A program made the position numbers and the translations under genes. DNA of 64,000 nucleotides from positions 1 to 64,000 of IMG/VR virus record IMGVR_UViG_3300047318_000369, one strand, 5' to 3'. This document shows, one piece after another, positions 1-9,901 of the stretch (the first letter of the stretch is position 1; each line of letters starts with the position of its first letter). Below the pieces are notes generated by a model. That model ran no database searches, was not told the DNA's origin, and saw only the letters and a list, made by a program, of their open reading frames with translations. The stretch comes from a virus.

Positions 1-200
1 TGACGGTCTAGATGATCCAACCGGGACCGCCGGGGAGGGCTAGCTGCATTTTGGCAGGTTCAGAGATTTCGTGATCTTGATTGATGATCAATACCTGTCA
101 CTCACTGTGAGCACCCATCGGGGCTCTCCATGCGCAACCGGTCGCGCGCAACGCCGTCCGGGCAATGAGCGCCGCAATGGCGCTGACCGAGGAGACCGAC

Positions 201-671
201 ATGGTGAAGGGTGGAGCACGAGCACGCTCCGGCCCCGCCCCCGACCCGACAGCACTCCGGCGCGAGCGTGATGCCGGCGAGTGGACGATCCTGCCCGCGG
301 AGGGCCGACAGGGCGCAACGCCCGAGTGGCCGCTGATCGAGCAAGGCATCCGCGAAGTCGAGCTGTGGGAGCGTTTGTGGCGGATGCCGCAGGCGCTGAT
401 GTGGGAGCGGTACGGCCAGGATCTTGAGGTGGCGTTGTATGTCCGCCGCTTGTCCGAGGCCGAGCAGATGGACTCGGCGGTGACGCTGACGACGATCGTG
501 AAGCAGATGGCCGACTCGCTGGGGCTGACGACTCCTGGCTTGCGGGCGAATCGGTGGCGGATCGATCGGCCTGAGGAGGCCGTGTCGGAGGGGAGTGCCC
601 CTTCGGTGACGTCGATTGCCCCGAACTCGGCGCGGGCCCGCTTGAAGGCCGTGACCGGTGGCGGCGGCTGA
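201..671 (+). CDS. terminase small subunit
   Basis: GGAG upstream of ATG 201; N-terminal KGGARARSGPAPDP and LGLTTPGLRANRW motifs typical of actinophage TerS; overlaps TerL start. Confidence 0.8.
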   Translation: MVKGGARARSGPAPDPTALRRERDAGEWTILPAEGRQGATPEWPLIEQGIREVELWERLWRMPQALMWERYGQDLEVALYVRRLSEAEQMDSAVTLTTIVKQMADSLGLTTPGLRANRWRIDRPEEAVSEGSAPSVTSIAPNSARARLKAVTGGGG

Positions 672-2292
672 CGACGGCACTTGGCCGCTGGACTTCCCGA
701 CGCTGTACGTGGTGCCCGACTGGATCGCCCAGCACTGCCGGCTGGAGTCGGTGGGCGGCCTGGACTCCGCGCCACGACCGTTCGAGATGTACGACTGGCA
801 GCTTCGGGCGACCGCGCACTTCTACCGCGTCCGCCCTGAAGCTCAGTTGGGTCAGTTGTCGACGGCATTCCACTACCGCCGCGGGCAGGTCGTCGCACCT
901 CAGAAGTCGGGTAAGGGTCCGTGGACGGCTGGGGTTACGGCGGCCGAGGCGGTCGGGCCGGTTCTGTTCGCGGGCTGGGCTGAGGGCGGCGAGCGATACG
1001 ACTGCCGGAAGTACGGCTGCGGCTGCGGCTGGGTGTACGTCTACGAGCCGGGTGAGGCGATGGGTCGGCCGTGGACGAAGCCGCTCTTGCAGATCACGGC
1101 GACGTCCGAGGACCAGACGGACAACGTCTACCGCCCTCTGCAGGCGATGATCCGTAACGGCCCGCTGGGCGAGTTGATGAAGGTGGGCGAGCAGTTCGTC
1201 CGCCTTCCGAACGACGGCCGCATCGACGTCGTGACGAGCAGCGCGCAGTCCCGCCTCGGCAACCCGATCACGTTCGCCGTACAGGACGAGACCGGAATTT
1301 GGACCGAGGGCAACAAGATGACCAAGGTCGCAACGACGCAGCGCCGCGGCCTCGCGGGCATGTCCGGCCGGTCGTTGGAGACGACGAACGGCTGGGATCC
1401 GTCCGAGAACTCGGTTGCGCAGCGCACGGCAGATTCGAAGGTCAAGGACGTCTACCGGTTCCACCGGCTGCCGCCGGGCGGCCTGTCGTACTCGAACAAG
1501 GCGGAGCGCCGGAAGATCCACCGGCATGTGTACGCGGGCAGCACGCACATCGACCTCGACGCCATCGAGGGTGAGGCCGCCGAGCTGCTGGAGAAGGAGC
1601 CGGCGGAGGCGGAGCGATTCTTCGGCAACCGCATCGTGGCCGGTACGGGTACGTGGCTCCATCGTGATCGGTGGGACGAGCGGGCCCGGCCGCGCGAGGT
1701 TCCGAGCGGGACTGCGGTCGTTCTCGGCTTCGACGGCTCCGATATTGACGACTGGACCGGATGGCGCGCCGAGACGCTGGACGGATACCAGTTCACCCCG
1801 ACGTACAGCTCCCTGTCTTTGCCGACGATCTGGGATCCGGCCGACTGGGGCGGTCAGGTGCCGCGCCTGGAGGTGGATGCGGCGCTGGATGAACTGATGC
1901 GCCGCTACACGGTCGTGCGCGCGTACTGCGATCCGCCTTACTGGGAGACCGAGGTCGACACGTGGGCGGAGAAGTACGGCGAGAAGCGAGTGGTCCGCTG
2001 GTACACGAACCGCATCGTTCAGATGCATGCCGCGTGCGAGCGCCTGCTGACGGATGTGACGAAGGCGGACAGTGCCTTCGCGCACGACGGCTGCGAGGAC
2101 ACGTCCGCGCACGTGGGGCACGCCAGAAAGGCCGCACGCCAGGCCGACCGGTACGTGCTTCGCAAGGCCGCACCCCATCAAAAGATCGACATGGCCGTGG
2201 TGGCCGTTCTCGCCCACGAGGCTGCCGGTGACGCCATCGCTGCGGGCCAGGCCCGGCCGAAGGTTTCCCGGAAAACAACTGTGATGCGCTGA
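658..2292 (+). CDS. terminase large subunit
   Basis: Walker A-like PQKSGKG, Walker B FAVQDE, nuclease motifs LGFDGS and KIDMAV; position before portal. Confidence 0.93.
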   Translation: MAAADDGTWPLDFPTLYVVPDWIAQHCRLESVGGLDSAPRPFEMYDWQLRATAHFYRVRPEAQLGQLSTAFHYRRGQVVAPQKSGKGPWTAGVTAAEAVGPVLFAGWAEGGERYDCRKYGCGCGWVYVYEPGEAMGRPWTKPLLQITATSEDQTDNVYRPLQAMIRNGPLGELMKVGEQFVRLPNDGRIDVVTSSAQSRLGNPITFAVQDETGIWTEGNKMTKVATTQRRGLAGMSGRSLETTNGWDPSENSVAQRTADSKVKDVYRFHRLPPGGLSYSNKAERRKIHRHVYAGSTHIDLDAIEGEAAELLEKEPAEAERFFGNRIVAGTGTWLHRDRWDERARPREVPSGTAVVLGFDGSDIDDWTGWRAETLDGYQFTPTYSSLSLPTIWDPADWGGQVPRLEVDAALDELMRRYTVVRAYCDPPYWETEVDTWAEKYGEKRVVRWYTNRIVQMHAACERLLTDVTKADSAFAHDGCEDTSAHVGHARKAARQADRYVLRKAAPHQKIDMAVVAVLAHEAAGDAIAAGQARPKVSRKTTVMR

Positions 2293-2307
2293 CGACGGGG
2301 GTGACCT

Positions 2308-3693
2308 ATGGCCCTCGATCTCGATCCGGATGCGTGGCTGAAGCGGCTGATCCACTGCCACGACGGCGACCTGCCGCAGCTCAGGTTGATGGATTCGTAC
2401 TACGAGGGCACGCAGCCGCTGTCGTATCTGGCGCCGGAGATTCAGTCGGAACTCTCGGACCGGATGCGCCAACTGGTCATCAACTGGCCGCAGTTGGTGG
2501 TGGATGCGCTCGATGAGCGTCTGGACGTGGAGGGCTTCCGGTATGCGGACTCCGAGACGACTGCGGCGGATCTGTGGGACGTGTGGCAGGCCTCCGACAT
2601 GGACGAGGGTTCACAGCAGGCCCACGTGGATGCGCTGGCCCTGAAACGCTCCTATGTGATCATCGGCGCGAATGAGGACGACGAGGCGAACCCGATCGTG
2701 ACCGCGGAGTCGGCGCTGGAGGTGTTCGCGGAGAGGGATCCGCGGACTCGTCAGGTGGTGGCTGCGGTGAAGCGGTGGGATGAGCCGTCGGCGGCCGGGT
2801 CTGCTCCGGTGAAGTGGGCGACGTTGTATCTGCCGCATGCGCGGATGACGTTCGAGCAGCAGAAGGGCGCTTGGGCTGAGGTCGACCGGGATGAGCACAA
2901 CCTCGGTGAGGTGCTCGTCGTGCCGTTGGCGAACCGGCCGCGGCTGCGGCATCTGGACGGCACGTCCGAGCTCCGCTCAGTCATTCCGATCTCGGACGCG
3001 GCCTGCAAGATCGCCTCGGACATGATGGTCAGCGCGGAGTATCACGCGATGCCGCGCCGGTGGGCGACGGGCATGTCCCGTGACGACTTCGCCGACGAGA
3101 ACGGGCAGCCGCTGGGCGCGATGTCCGCGCTGGCAGGCCGCATGTGGACGAACGAGAGCAACGAGGTGAAGTTCGGGCAGTTCCCCGAGGCCCAGCTCAG
3201 CAACTTCCACGACACGATCAACGTTCTCGCCCGACTGGTGGCCGCGATCACGGGCCTGCCTCCCGCGTTCCTGGGCCTGGCGACGGATCAGCCGCCGTCT
3301 GCGGATGCGATCCGCGCGTCGGAGGCCCGGCTGGTGAAGCGCGCGGAGCGCCGTCAGCGGGCGTTCGGTGAGGCCTGGGAGCGGGTCATGCGCCTCGTTC
3401 TTCTGGTGCGGGACGGCCAGTTGGATCCGCGGACCCGCAAGCTCGAAACGGTGTGGCGGGATCCGTCGACACCAACGTTCGCGCAGAAGGCCGACGCGGT
3501 AGTGAAGCTGCACGCGTCCGGCATCCTGCCGACGGAGCAAGCCTGGGAGGACCTCGGCTACAGCGCGGTGCAGCGGGCCCGGATGCGGGGCATGCAGGAC
3601 GATGCCCTGACCCGAATGACGGCCATGGACCTGCATCAGTTGTCGACAGCCCACGAGCCGATGCCCGTTGAGGCGCCTCCCGTCGGCGGCTGA
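2308..3693 (+). CDS. portal protein (SPP1 gp6-like)
   Basis: YYEG..., INWPQLVVDALDERL, SADAIRASEARL, WRDPSTPT motifs; synteny. Confidence 0.92.
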   Translation: MALDLDPDAWLKRLIHCHDGDLPQLRLMDSYYEGTQPLSYLAPEIQSELSDRMRQLVINWPQLVVDALDERLDVEGFRYADSETTAADLWDVWQASDMDEGSQQAHVDALALKRSYVIIGANEDDEANPIVTAESALEVFAERDPRTRQVVAAVKRWDEPSAAGSAPVKWATLYLPHARMTFEQQKGAWAEVDRDEHNLGEVLVVPLANRPRLRHLDGTSELRSVIPISDAACKIASDMMVSAEYHAMPRRWATGMSRDDFADENGQPLGAMSALAGRMWTNESNEVKFGQFPEAQLSNFHDTINVLARLVAAITGLPPAFLGLATDQPPSADAIRASEARLVKRAERRQRAFGEAWERVMRLVLLVRDGQLDPRTRKLETVWRDPSTPTFAQKADAVVKLHASGILPTEQAWEDLGYSAVQRARMRGMQDDALTRMTAMDLHQLSTAHEPMPVEAPPVGG

Positions 3694-3695
3694 CC

Positions 3696-4733
3696 GTGGT
3701 CGTCGAGACGCAGGCGCATCAGGACATCATCGACGCCTATGGCCGGTCTCAGCAGCGGGCTGTCATTCAGACGACGGTGACGTTGCAGCGGCTGTGGAAG
3801 GAACTCGCGGCCACGGATCTCTCACGGTCGTGGCTCGGGGGTCTGGGTGCGGCAATGGTGCGGGCCGTGTCGGCCGGCCAGTTGGTGGCGGCGTCGACGG
3901 GCCAGAAGTATGTCGAGGCGATGGTCCGCGGGGATGGGCTGGGCAACAACTACATGGAGCAGGCGTCGCACGTCGACACCCGCTCGTTCTCGGGGGCGGC
4001 GTCGGACGGCCGGGCCCTGGACAGCCTGCTCTATCTGCCGGTGATTCGCACGAAGACGCTGATCGGCAACGGGCTGACGTTGCAGGAGTCGATGACGTCG
4101 GGCCTGTTCCAGTTGCAGCGCATGGCGGCTTCGGAGGTTGCGGACGCCGGGCGGGGCGCGGCCAGCGTGTCGATGATCGCCAATCGGTCGGTGACCGGGT
4201 ACGTCCGGACGGTACGCGCTGGGGCGTGCGCACGATGCGCAATCCTTGCGGGCCGCTGGTACCGGTGGAACGCGGACTTCCAACGTCACAAAAGGTGCGC
4301 CTGTTATGGGGTTCCCGCGACCGAGGCTCGCCCGGGCCGCCACACGAACCCAATGTCGTTCTTCCACGGCCTGTCGCGCGCGGAGCAGGATCGCCGGTTC
4401 ACGATCGGCGGCGCGGCGGCGATCCGGAACGGCGCGGACATCTACTCGGTGGTCAACGCGGGCCGTTCGACGATCACGCTGGACGCCTACGGCAAAAAGG
4501 TCGTCGCCACGCTCGAAGGCACGACGAAGCGTGGGGCGTTCTACCAGCAGATGCTGCGTGAGGCCGAGCAGAAGACGGGGCAGCGGTTCGCAAGGAGCCG
4601 CGTCGACGTCGAACGAGGCCTGCCCCGGTTCCACCTGCGCACGCCGCGGCTGACGCCCGGCGAGATTCTCCGTCTCTCTGGTGACCGCGACGAGCTGATC
4701 AGGCTCTTGAAGCGTTTCGGCTACCTGTCGTAG
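3696..4733 (+). CDS. minor head / MuF-like head morphogenesis protein
   Basis: Follows portal; CxxC...FQRHxRCxC motif seen in actinophage MuF-like proteins. Confidence 0.7.
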   Translation: MVVETQAHQDIIDAYGRSQQRAVIQTTVTLQRLWKELAATDLSRSWLGGLGAAMVRAVSAGQLVAASTGQKYVEAMVRGDGLGNNYMEQASHVDTRSFSGAASDGRALDSLLYLPVIRTKTLIGNGLTLQESMTSGLFQLQRMAASEVADAGRGAASVSMIANRSVTGYVRTVRAGACARCAILAGRWYRWNADFQRHKRCACYGVPATEARPGRHTNPMSFFHGLSRAEQDRRFTIGGAAAIRNGADIYSVVNAGRSTITLDAYGKKVVATLEGTTKRGAFYQQMLREAEQKTGQRFARSRVDVERGLPRFHLRTPRLTPGEILRLSGDRDELIRLLKRFGYLS

Positions 4734-4812
4734 CCCGCAGGCCGCCGCATCACGACCCAAGTTTGGCCGCGCGCAAGGCGTGGTCTCTGATCCCGCAATG
4801 GGAGTTCCATCC

Positions 4813-5577
4813 ATGAGTACGACTCGTACCCGCTGGCTGCCCGCTGCTCAGAGCGTGGGCTGGTTCCGGCTCGACCGTCACGAAGACCCCGACCCCGCCG
4901 ACCCGGAGCCTGCTCCGGACCCGGCAGCCGATCCGGCAGATCCGGACCCCGACCCTGACCCGGCAGGTGACCCGGCGGACCCCGAGCCTGAGGATGACCC
5001 GGAGGGCGCCGACGAACTCGGCGAGGGCGGCAAGCGGGCCCTTGCCGCAATGAAGGCCGAGAAGGCGGCGGCGAAGAAGGAAGCCGCAGCCGCCAAGAAG
5101 CAGGCGGCCGAGGAGCGGCGCAAGGCCGCCGAACTGGCCCGCAAGGTGGCCGATTTCGAGGACCGCGACAAGTCGGAGCTGGAGAAGGCGCAGGCGAAGG
5201 CCGAACGCTCCGAGAAGCAGGCGACCGAGGCGGTTGCCCGCTCGGTGCGGTCCGAGATCAAGGTTGCGGCGAGCGGCACGTTCGCCGACGCCTCGGATGC
5301 CATCGACGTGTTGATGCGCGACCCCTCCAAGTACGTCGACAGCGACGGCGAGATCGACACCGCCGCGATCGAGAGCGACCTCACGGATCTGCTGGAGCGG
5401 AAGCCGCACTGGGCCAAGCCCGAACCGACCGCCCCGGTGGTCGAGCCGAAGCAGAAGCTGAAGCCCGATCCGGGCCAGGGTTCGCGGGGCGCTCCGGCTC
5501 CCGTGGACTACCGCACCGCCTCGAAGGAAGAGGTTGCTGCGGAGCTCGGCAAATTCGGCTACCGGCAGCGCGTGTGA
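4813..5577 (+). CDS. capsid scaffolding protein
   Basis: GGAG then ATG 4813; D/P-rich N-terminus, coiled coil with KSELEKAQ, C-terminal PDPGQG; upstream of capsid gene. Confidence 0.85.
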   Translation: MSTTRTRWLPAAQSVGWFRLDRHEDPDPADPEPAPDPAADPADPDPDPDPAGDPADPEPEDDPEGADELGEGGKRALAAMKAEKAAAKKEAAAAKKQAAEERRKAAELARKVADFEDRDKSELEKAQAKAERSEKQATEAVARSVRSEIKVAASGTFADASDAIDVLMRDPSKYVDSDGEIDTAAIESDLTDLLERKPHWAKPEPTAPVVEPKQKLKPDPGQGSRGAPAPVDYRTASKEEVAAELGKFGYRQRV

Positions 5578-5765
5578 TCACGGTCCGGGCCCGGTTGGGC
5601 GGCGGACGCACCTCGATTGAGGTGTCCGGTCACGACGAGCCTGCTGCTGGGGGTCGCGTCTGCGCCGCCGTGACGGCCATCACCCAAACCGCGCTGCTGG
5701 GCCTGGATCAGTACGCCCAGCAGTACCCGGACCAAGTGTCCATAGAGATCATCACTGAGGAGTGA
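5574..5765 (+). CDS. Prp-like (DUF464/YsxB) cysteine protease
   Basis: IEVSGH...VCAAVTAI matches the Prp His/Cys signature; between scaffold and major capsid genes. Confidence 0.78.
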   Translation: MITVRARLGGGRTSIEVSGHDEPAAGGRVCAAVTAITQTALLGLDQYAQQYPDQVSIEIITEE

Positions 5766-5767
5766 GA

Positions 5768-7099
5768 ATGACCCCCACCATGTCCGCGGTTCGCCCGCGG
5801 CTTCACCGCGCCCCGCGGCCGTGGTTCAAGCTGGACCGGCACGCCGGCGTCCGGCCGTCCCTGCCCGCCGGCATCCAGGCGATGCTGCAGAACGGCATCC
5901 TGGACCGCGTCTTCCGTGACGCGCTGGTGCCGAACTTCCTGTTCCCTCAGATCGCGGACGCCGAGCCGTGGATGGGCGGCCTGGGTGACACGAAGACTTT
6001 CACCCGTAAGGGCCTGCTGGCGCCGGTGACGACTCCGGTGACGGGTTCGGACCCGTCGGCGGCGACGTACTCGATCGAGCAGTGGTCCGTGACGATGGAC
6101 CAGTACGCCAACTCGATGGACACCAACATGCTCGGCTCGGCGATGGCGCTGGCCAGCAAGTTCCTGGCGGACGTCGAGAACCTGGGCATCAACGCCGGGC
6201 AGACCATCAACCAGGTGGCCCGCAACAAGCTGTACAAGGCGTATGCGGGCGGCCGGACCTGGGTGACTACGGCCGGCTCCTCGGACACGTCGATGATCGT
6301 CAACTCGACGGACGGCTTCACCACCGTCATGGTCAACGGCGTCCCGACCGCCGTGAGCGCATCGAACCCGCTGACCGTGTCGATCGCGGGCGTCGCGAAC
6401 ACAGTGACCGGCGTCAACACCGGCACCAGCACGCTGACCCTGGGCACCGCCCGGGTGGACGTCGCTGGTGACTACGTGACCGCGGCGAACGCGCCGGTCT
6501 CGGTCCGGGCGACCGGCAACTCGCCCTACGACCTGTCGTCGTCGAACGTCGTGACGTTCGCGAACTTCCGGGCCGCGGTGGCGCGCCTGCGGAAGATGGC
6601 GGTGCCGACGGTGGGCGGCTACTACGTCGCCCACATCGACCCGGACACCGAGGCACAGCTTTTCGCGGACGCCGACTTCAAGCAGGCCCTTCAGGGCCGC
6701 GTCGACTCCCCGATCTACACGGAGCTGTCCATCGGCCGGTTCGCGGGCATCGACTGGGTCCGCAACCTGGAGGCACCGACGATCGCCAACGGCGGCTCTG
6801 CGGGAACGCTGACGGTGCACCGTCCGATCGTGCTGGGTGCGAACGCGCTGATGTCGGCGCCGTTCGAGGGCACCAACACTCTTCTCGCCGGTACCGGTGT
6901 CGAGGACGTGCCGGAGATCCGCACCATCAACGCGGCGCCCGGGGTGGACGTCACCCTGCTGGTCCGTCCGGCGCAGGACCGGCTGCAGCAGGTCATCGCC
7001 TCGACCTGGTCGTGGGTGGGCGACTACGGCGTTCCGTCGGATGCGGGCACGGGCGACGCGGCGCTGTACAAGCGCGGCGTCGTCATCGAGCACGCCTGA
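5768..7099 (+). CDS. major capsid protein
   Basis: GAGGAG then ATG 5768; ~443 aa after scaffold; YVAHIDP and IGRFAGIDW motifs of HK97-fold capsids. Confidence 0.85.
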   Translation: MTPTMSAVRPRLHRAPRPWFKLDRHAGVRPSLPAGIQAMLQNGILDRVFRDALVPNFLFPQIADAEPWMGGLGDTKTFTRKGLLAPVTTPVTGSDPSAATYSIEQWSVTMDQYANSMDTNMLGSAMALASKFLADVENLGINAGQTINQVARNKLYKAYAGGRTWVTTAGSSDTSMIVNSTDGFTTVMVNGVPTAVSASNPLTVSIAGVANTVTGVNTGTSTLTLGTARVDVAGDYVTAANAPVSVRATGNSPYDLSSSNVVTFANFRAAVARLRKMAVPTVGGYYVAHIDPDTEAQLFADADFKQALQGRVDSPIYTELSIGRFAGIDWVRNLEAPTIANGGSAGTLTVHRPIVLGANALMSAPFEGTNTLLAGTGVEDVPEIRTINAAPGVDVTLLVRPAQDRLQQVIASTWSWVGDYGVPSDAGTGDAALYKRGVVIEHA

Positions 7100-7107
7100 C
7101 CCCGTCT

Positions 7108-7147
7108 CCCTCCGGCGTGGACAACCCTGTCCGTCCACGCCGGAGGG
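7108..7147 (+). terminator. stem-loop after capsid gene
   Basis: CCCTCCGGCGTGGAC...GTCCACGCCGGAGGG inverted repeat. Confidence 0.6.
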
Positions 7148-7171
7148 CCTTCAGGAAGGAAGGAGAGCAGC

Positions 7172-7540
7172 ATGCGCGTGCGCGTACTGCAGCCGACGCG
7201 GTCGTACTGGAACTACGAGGTCCGCGAGTTCGGCGAGGGCGACGAGTTGGAGGGCGATCTCGCCCGCCATCTCGCCGCGAATGCCCCGGAGGGGGCTGTG
7301 AAGGTCACCGAGGCTGACCCGGATCCCGAGCCGGAGCCGGAGACGCCCCCTGAGGCCCCCGAGGCGTCGGACCCGGGCGGCAATGAGCCGCCGGTGGACG
7401 GCACCATCGACGACCTCATGGCCTGGGTGAACGACGACCGCGAGCGTGCCGCTGCGGCGCTGACGGCGGAGCAGGCGAAGGACAAGCCGCGCAGCACGGT
7501 CGTGAAGCGGCTGACGGCCATGGTGGACACGCAGGAGTAG
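7172..7540 (+). CDS. head-associated hypothetical protein
   Basis: Good RBS; synteny after capsid gene. Confidence 0.65.
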   Translation: MRVRVLQPTRSYWNYEVREFGEGDELEGDLARHLAANAPEGAVKVTEADPDPEPEPETPPEAPEASDPGGNEPPVDGTIDDLMAWVNDDRERAAAALTAEQAKDKPRSTVVKRLTAMVDTQE

Positions 7541-7552
7541 AGGGGGCCCGTC

Positions 7553-8182
7553 ATGTCCCCGACTCCTCTCGCCACGCAGGCGGACCTTGAGGCCGCATTG
7601 CAGCGGACGCTGGATCCGGCGCAGGCGGCGATGGCCCTGCGCCGGGCTTCGGCGCGGGTGCGGAAGTACTGCCGCCAGGACTTCACGCTCGTCGAGAACC
7701 AGACCATCACCCTGCCGGGCGGCGGGCGGGTGTTGCGGATTCCGCAGCGCCCCCTGGTCGTCGACGACACGCATCCGCTGACGGTGGTCGAGCTGTTCGG
7801 GATCTCCAACCAGGAGTACACGGCCCTGGAGGGTCGGGACTTTACGCGCGTCGGCGGCGAGCTGACCCGCGGCGAGGCCTGGTGGGCGCCAACCCGGCTG
7901 ATGGGCTGGCCGTTCATGCGGCCCATGGGCATCTGGGCCCAACGCGTCCGGGTCACCCACAGCCACGGTGACGCCGAGGTCCCGGACGATGTCGTCGACG
8001 TAGTGCTCGATCTGGCGCAGATGAACATGACCAACCCGCAGGGCCTGCGGTCGGAGTCGATCGACGACTACAGCCGGACGTTCGCCTCCGAGACCATCGG
8101 CGGCGCGCTGCTGACCGCGGACCACAAAGAGGCGCTGCGGCAGTACCGCGGCGGCTCGTTCTCCGTGGCGCCGGTGACCTGA
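7553..8182 (+). CDS. head-to-tail adaptor
   Basis: LATQADL start, YSHG-like HSHG, NPQGLRSESIDDYS motif. Confidence 0.78.
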   Translation: MSPTPLATQADLEAALQRTLDPAQAAMALRRASARVRKYCRQDFTLVENQTITLPGGGRVLRIPQRPLVVDDTHPLTVVELFGISNQEYTALEGRDFTRVGGELTRGEAWWAPTRLMGWPFMRPMGIWAQRVRVTHSHGDAEVPDDVVDVVLDLAQMNMTNPQGLRSESIDDYSRTFASETIGGALLTADHKEALRQYRGGSFSVAPVT

Positions 8183-8589
8183 TGACGGCCATCGACATCC
8201 AGCCTCTGCTCGCCGCGGGCCGCAACGCACACAATCAGTTGCTGGTGGACACCTGCACCATCAGCCGGCCCGGGGCGCCGACACTCAACCGCACCACGAG
8301 CGTTCTCACCCCGGGCACACCGACGGTCCTGTACTCGGGTGCCTGCCGGTTGAAGCCCCAGCGCGTCCCGAGGAACGAGGAGGCGGGGGAGCGGCTGACG
8401 GTGGTGGCCCGCTACGAGGTGGCCCTGCCGTTCGCTTCGCTGGCCGCCGACGACTTGCAGACCGGCGACATGGTGACGATCACCGCGTCTGGTGATACGC
8501 GGCTTGTGGATCAGGTGTTCGCGGTGATGGCTGTGGACTTCAGCAGTACCGCGACGGCCTGGCGGATCACCGTCGAAGCCGCCACGTGA
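8182..8589 (+). CDS. head-to-tail stopper (DUF6093-like)
   Basis: DTCTISRP...LYSGACRL motif; synteny. Confidence 0.7.
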   Translation: MTAIDIQPLLAAGRNAHNQLLVDTCTISRPGAPTLNRTTSVLTPGTPTVLYSGACRLKPQRVPRNEEAGERLTVVARYEVALPFASLAADDLQTGDMVTITASGDTRLVDQVFAVMAVDFSSTATAWRITVEAAT

Positions 8590-8602
8590 CGGGAGGTCGC
8601 CG

Positions 8603-9013
8603 ATGACGACTCCTGCTGTTCTTCCTCACGTCGACGCGGTGACGGCCGCGCTCGAAGCGGCTGGCCTGGTGGTCTATGTCGGCGGGGCACCCCCCGGCGT
8701 TTCCCCGACGACCGACACCCCGTATGTCGTCCTCTACCCCGAGCCGGGCCGCGCAACGACTGCGTCGCTCGGCGACAACCGGACCGATTTCTCTGCCGTC
8801 GTCCAGCTGACGTGTGTGGGTCTGACGGCAGGGCAGGCCATGTCGGTGTCTGACCGGGCCATCGCCGCGCTGTCCGTCGTCCTGACGGTCGCCGGGCGCG
8901 CGTCCTGGAAACCGGAGCCCCTCGACGGGCAGCCGGTACAGCGCGACGACGACGTTGTTCCGCCCTGCTTCTACGCACCCAGCCGGTACCGGCTTCGCTC
9001 AATCCCCCTGTAG
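8603..9013 (+). CDS. tail terminator
   Basis: PYVVLYP and QLTCVG motifs; synteny. Confidence 0.7.
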   Translation: MTTPAVLPHVDAVTAALEAAGLVVYVGGAPPGVSPTTDTPYVVLYPEPGRATTASLGDNRTDFSAVVQLTCVGLTAGQAMSVSDRAIAALSVVLTVAGRASWKPEPLDGQPVQRDDDVVPPCFYAPSRYRLRSIPL

Positions 9014-9025
9014 AGGAGTTCCTCC

Positions 9026-9355
9026 ATGGCAACCCTGACCACCCAGGTCATCAGCCTCGGCGGCCTGGCCCCGACCTATGGCGCCGCCGCCGCATCCACG
9101 AAGATCCAGTGTGACGAGCGGACGTTCCTGCACGTCAAGAACGCTGCCGGTTCCAGCATGACCGTCACCCTGTCCTCGACCGCGAAGGTCCGCTCGCAGG
9201 CCGCCGCTGACGTCGTCATCACGGTCCCGGCGACGACCGGCGACATGATGATCGGCCCCATCACGAAGGATCTGTTCGCCGGCCTGTCGGACGGTCTCGC
9301 CGCGGTCGCCTACTCGTCGACCACCTCGGTCACCGTCGCCGCCGTGCGCATCTGA
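9026..9355 (+). CDS. small virion structural protein (putative)
   Basis: GAGGAG RBS; Thr/Ala/Val-rich beta-type composition. Confidence 0.55.
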   Translation: MATLTTQVISLGGLAPTYGAAAASTKIQCDERTFLHVKNAAGSSMTVTLSSTAKVRSQAAADVVITVPATTGDMMIGPITKDLFAGLSDGLAAVAYSSTTSVTVAAVRI

Positions 9356-9379
9356 TCCTCGCCCGCCCCCGTCTCGCCC

Positions 9380-9403
9380 GCCCCGCCGCTCGGGGCTTTT
9401 TTT
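9380..9403 (+). terminator. intrinsic terminator
   Basis: GCCCCG-CCGCT-CGGGGC followed by T7. Confidence 0.75.
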
Positions 9404-9421
9404 GTGCCCTGAGGAGGGTTC

Positions 9422-9901
9422 ATGTCTGACCTGATCAGCGATGGCAACACGAAGGTTTCGTGGGTGCCGTCGATCGCGAACATCAACGCGCCGACTGCGG
9501 CGGAGTTGAACGGCGGCTCCGACTGGACGCTGCGCATCACCCCGGACGGCCTGAAGACGGACCCGGCGACGGCGGACGTCGACACGTCGTCGCTGGGTTC
9601 GACGTTCACGACGAACCAGCCGGGAAGGCGGAGTTACACCGTCGAACTCACCTTCAAGCGGGGCTCGACCACGATCGAGGACCAGCCGTACACGACGCTC
9701 ACCTACAACGCGTCCGGCTACCTGGCGGTGCGCCGCGGCGTGGCCTTCGGGACGGCCTACGCGACCGGCGACAAGGTGGAGATCTACCCGGTGACGGCGG
9801 GTGAGGCGCAGAACATCGCCCCGGCGGCGAACGAGCTCAACAAGTTCATGTCGCCGCTCAAGGTCACGTCGGACCCGGCGACGAGGGCTGTCGTCGCCTG
9901 A
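9422..9901 (+). CDS. major tail protein
   Basis: DGNTKVSWVPSIANINAPTAAEL N-terminus typical of actinophage tail tube proteins. Confidence 0.82.
   Translation: MSDLISDGNTKVSWVPSIANINAPTAAELNGGSDWTLRITPDGLKTDPATADVDTSSLGSTFTTNQPGRRSYTVELTFKRGSTTIEDQPYTTLTYNASGYLAVRRGVAFGTAYATGDKVEIYPVTAGEAQNIAPAANELNKFMSPLKVTSDPATRAVVA

Noticed and set aside
88-2472. Long antisense ORFs (88-2472, also 5708-7138, 12261-13760, 50560-52215)
   Set aside because: Shadow frames of well-supported genes in high-GC DNA.
4885-5005. GACCCG-type short repeats
   Set aside because: Explained by the Asp/Pro-rich scaffold N-terminus (period 3/6).
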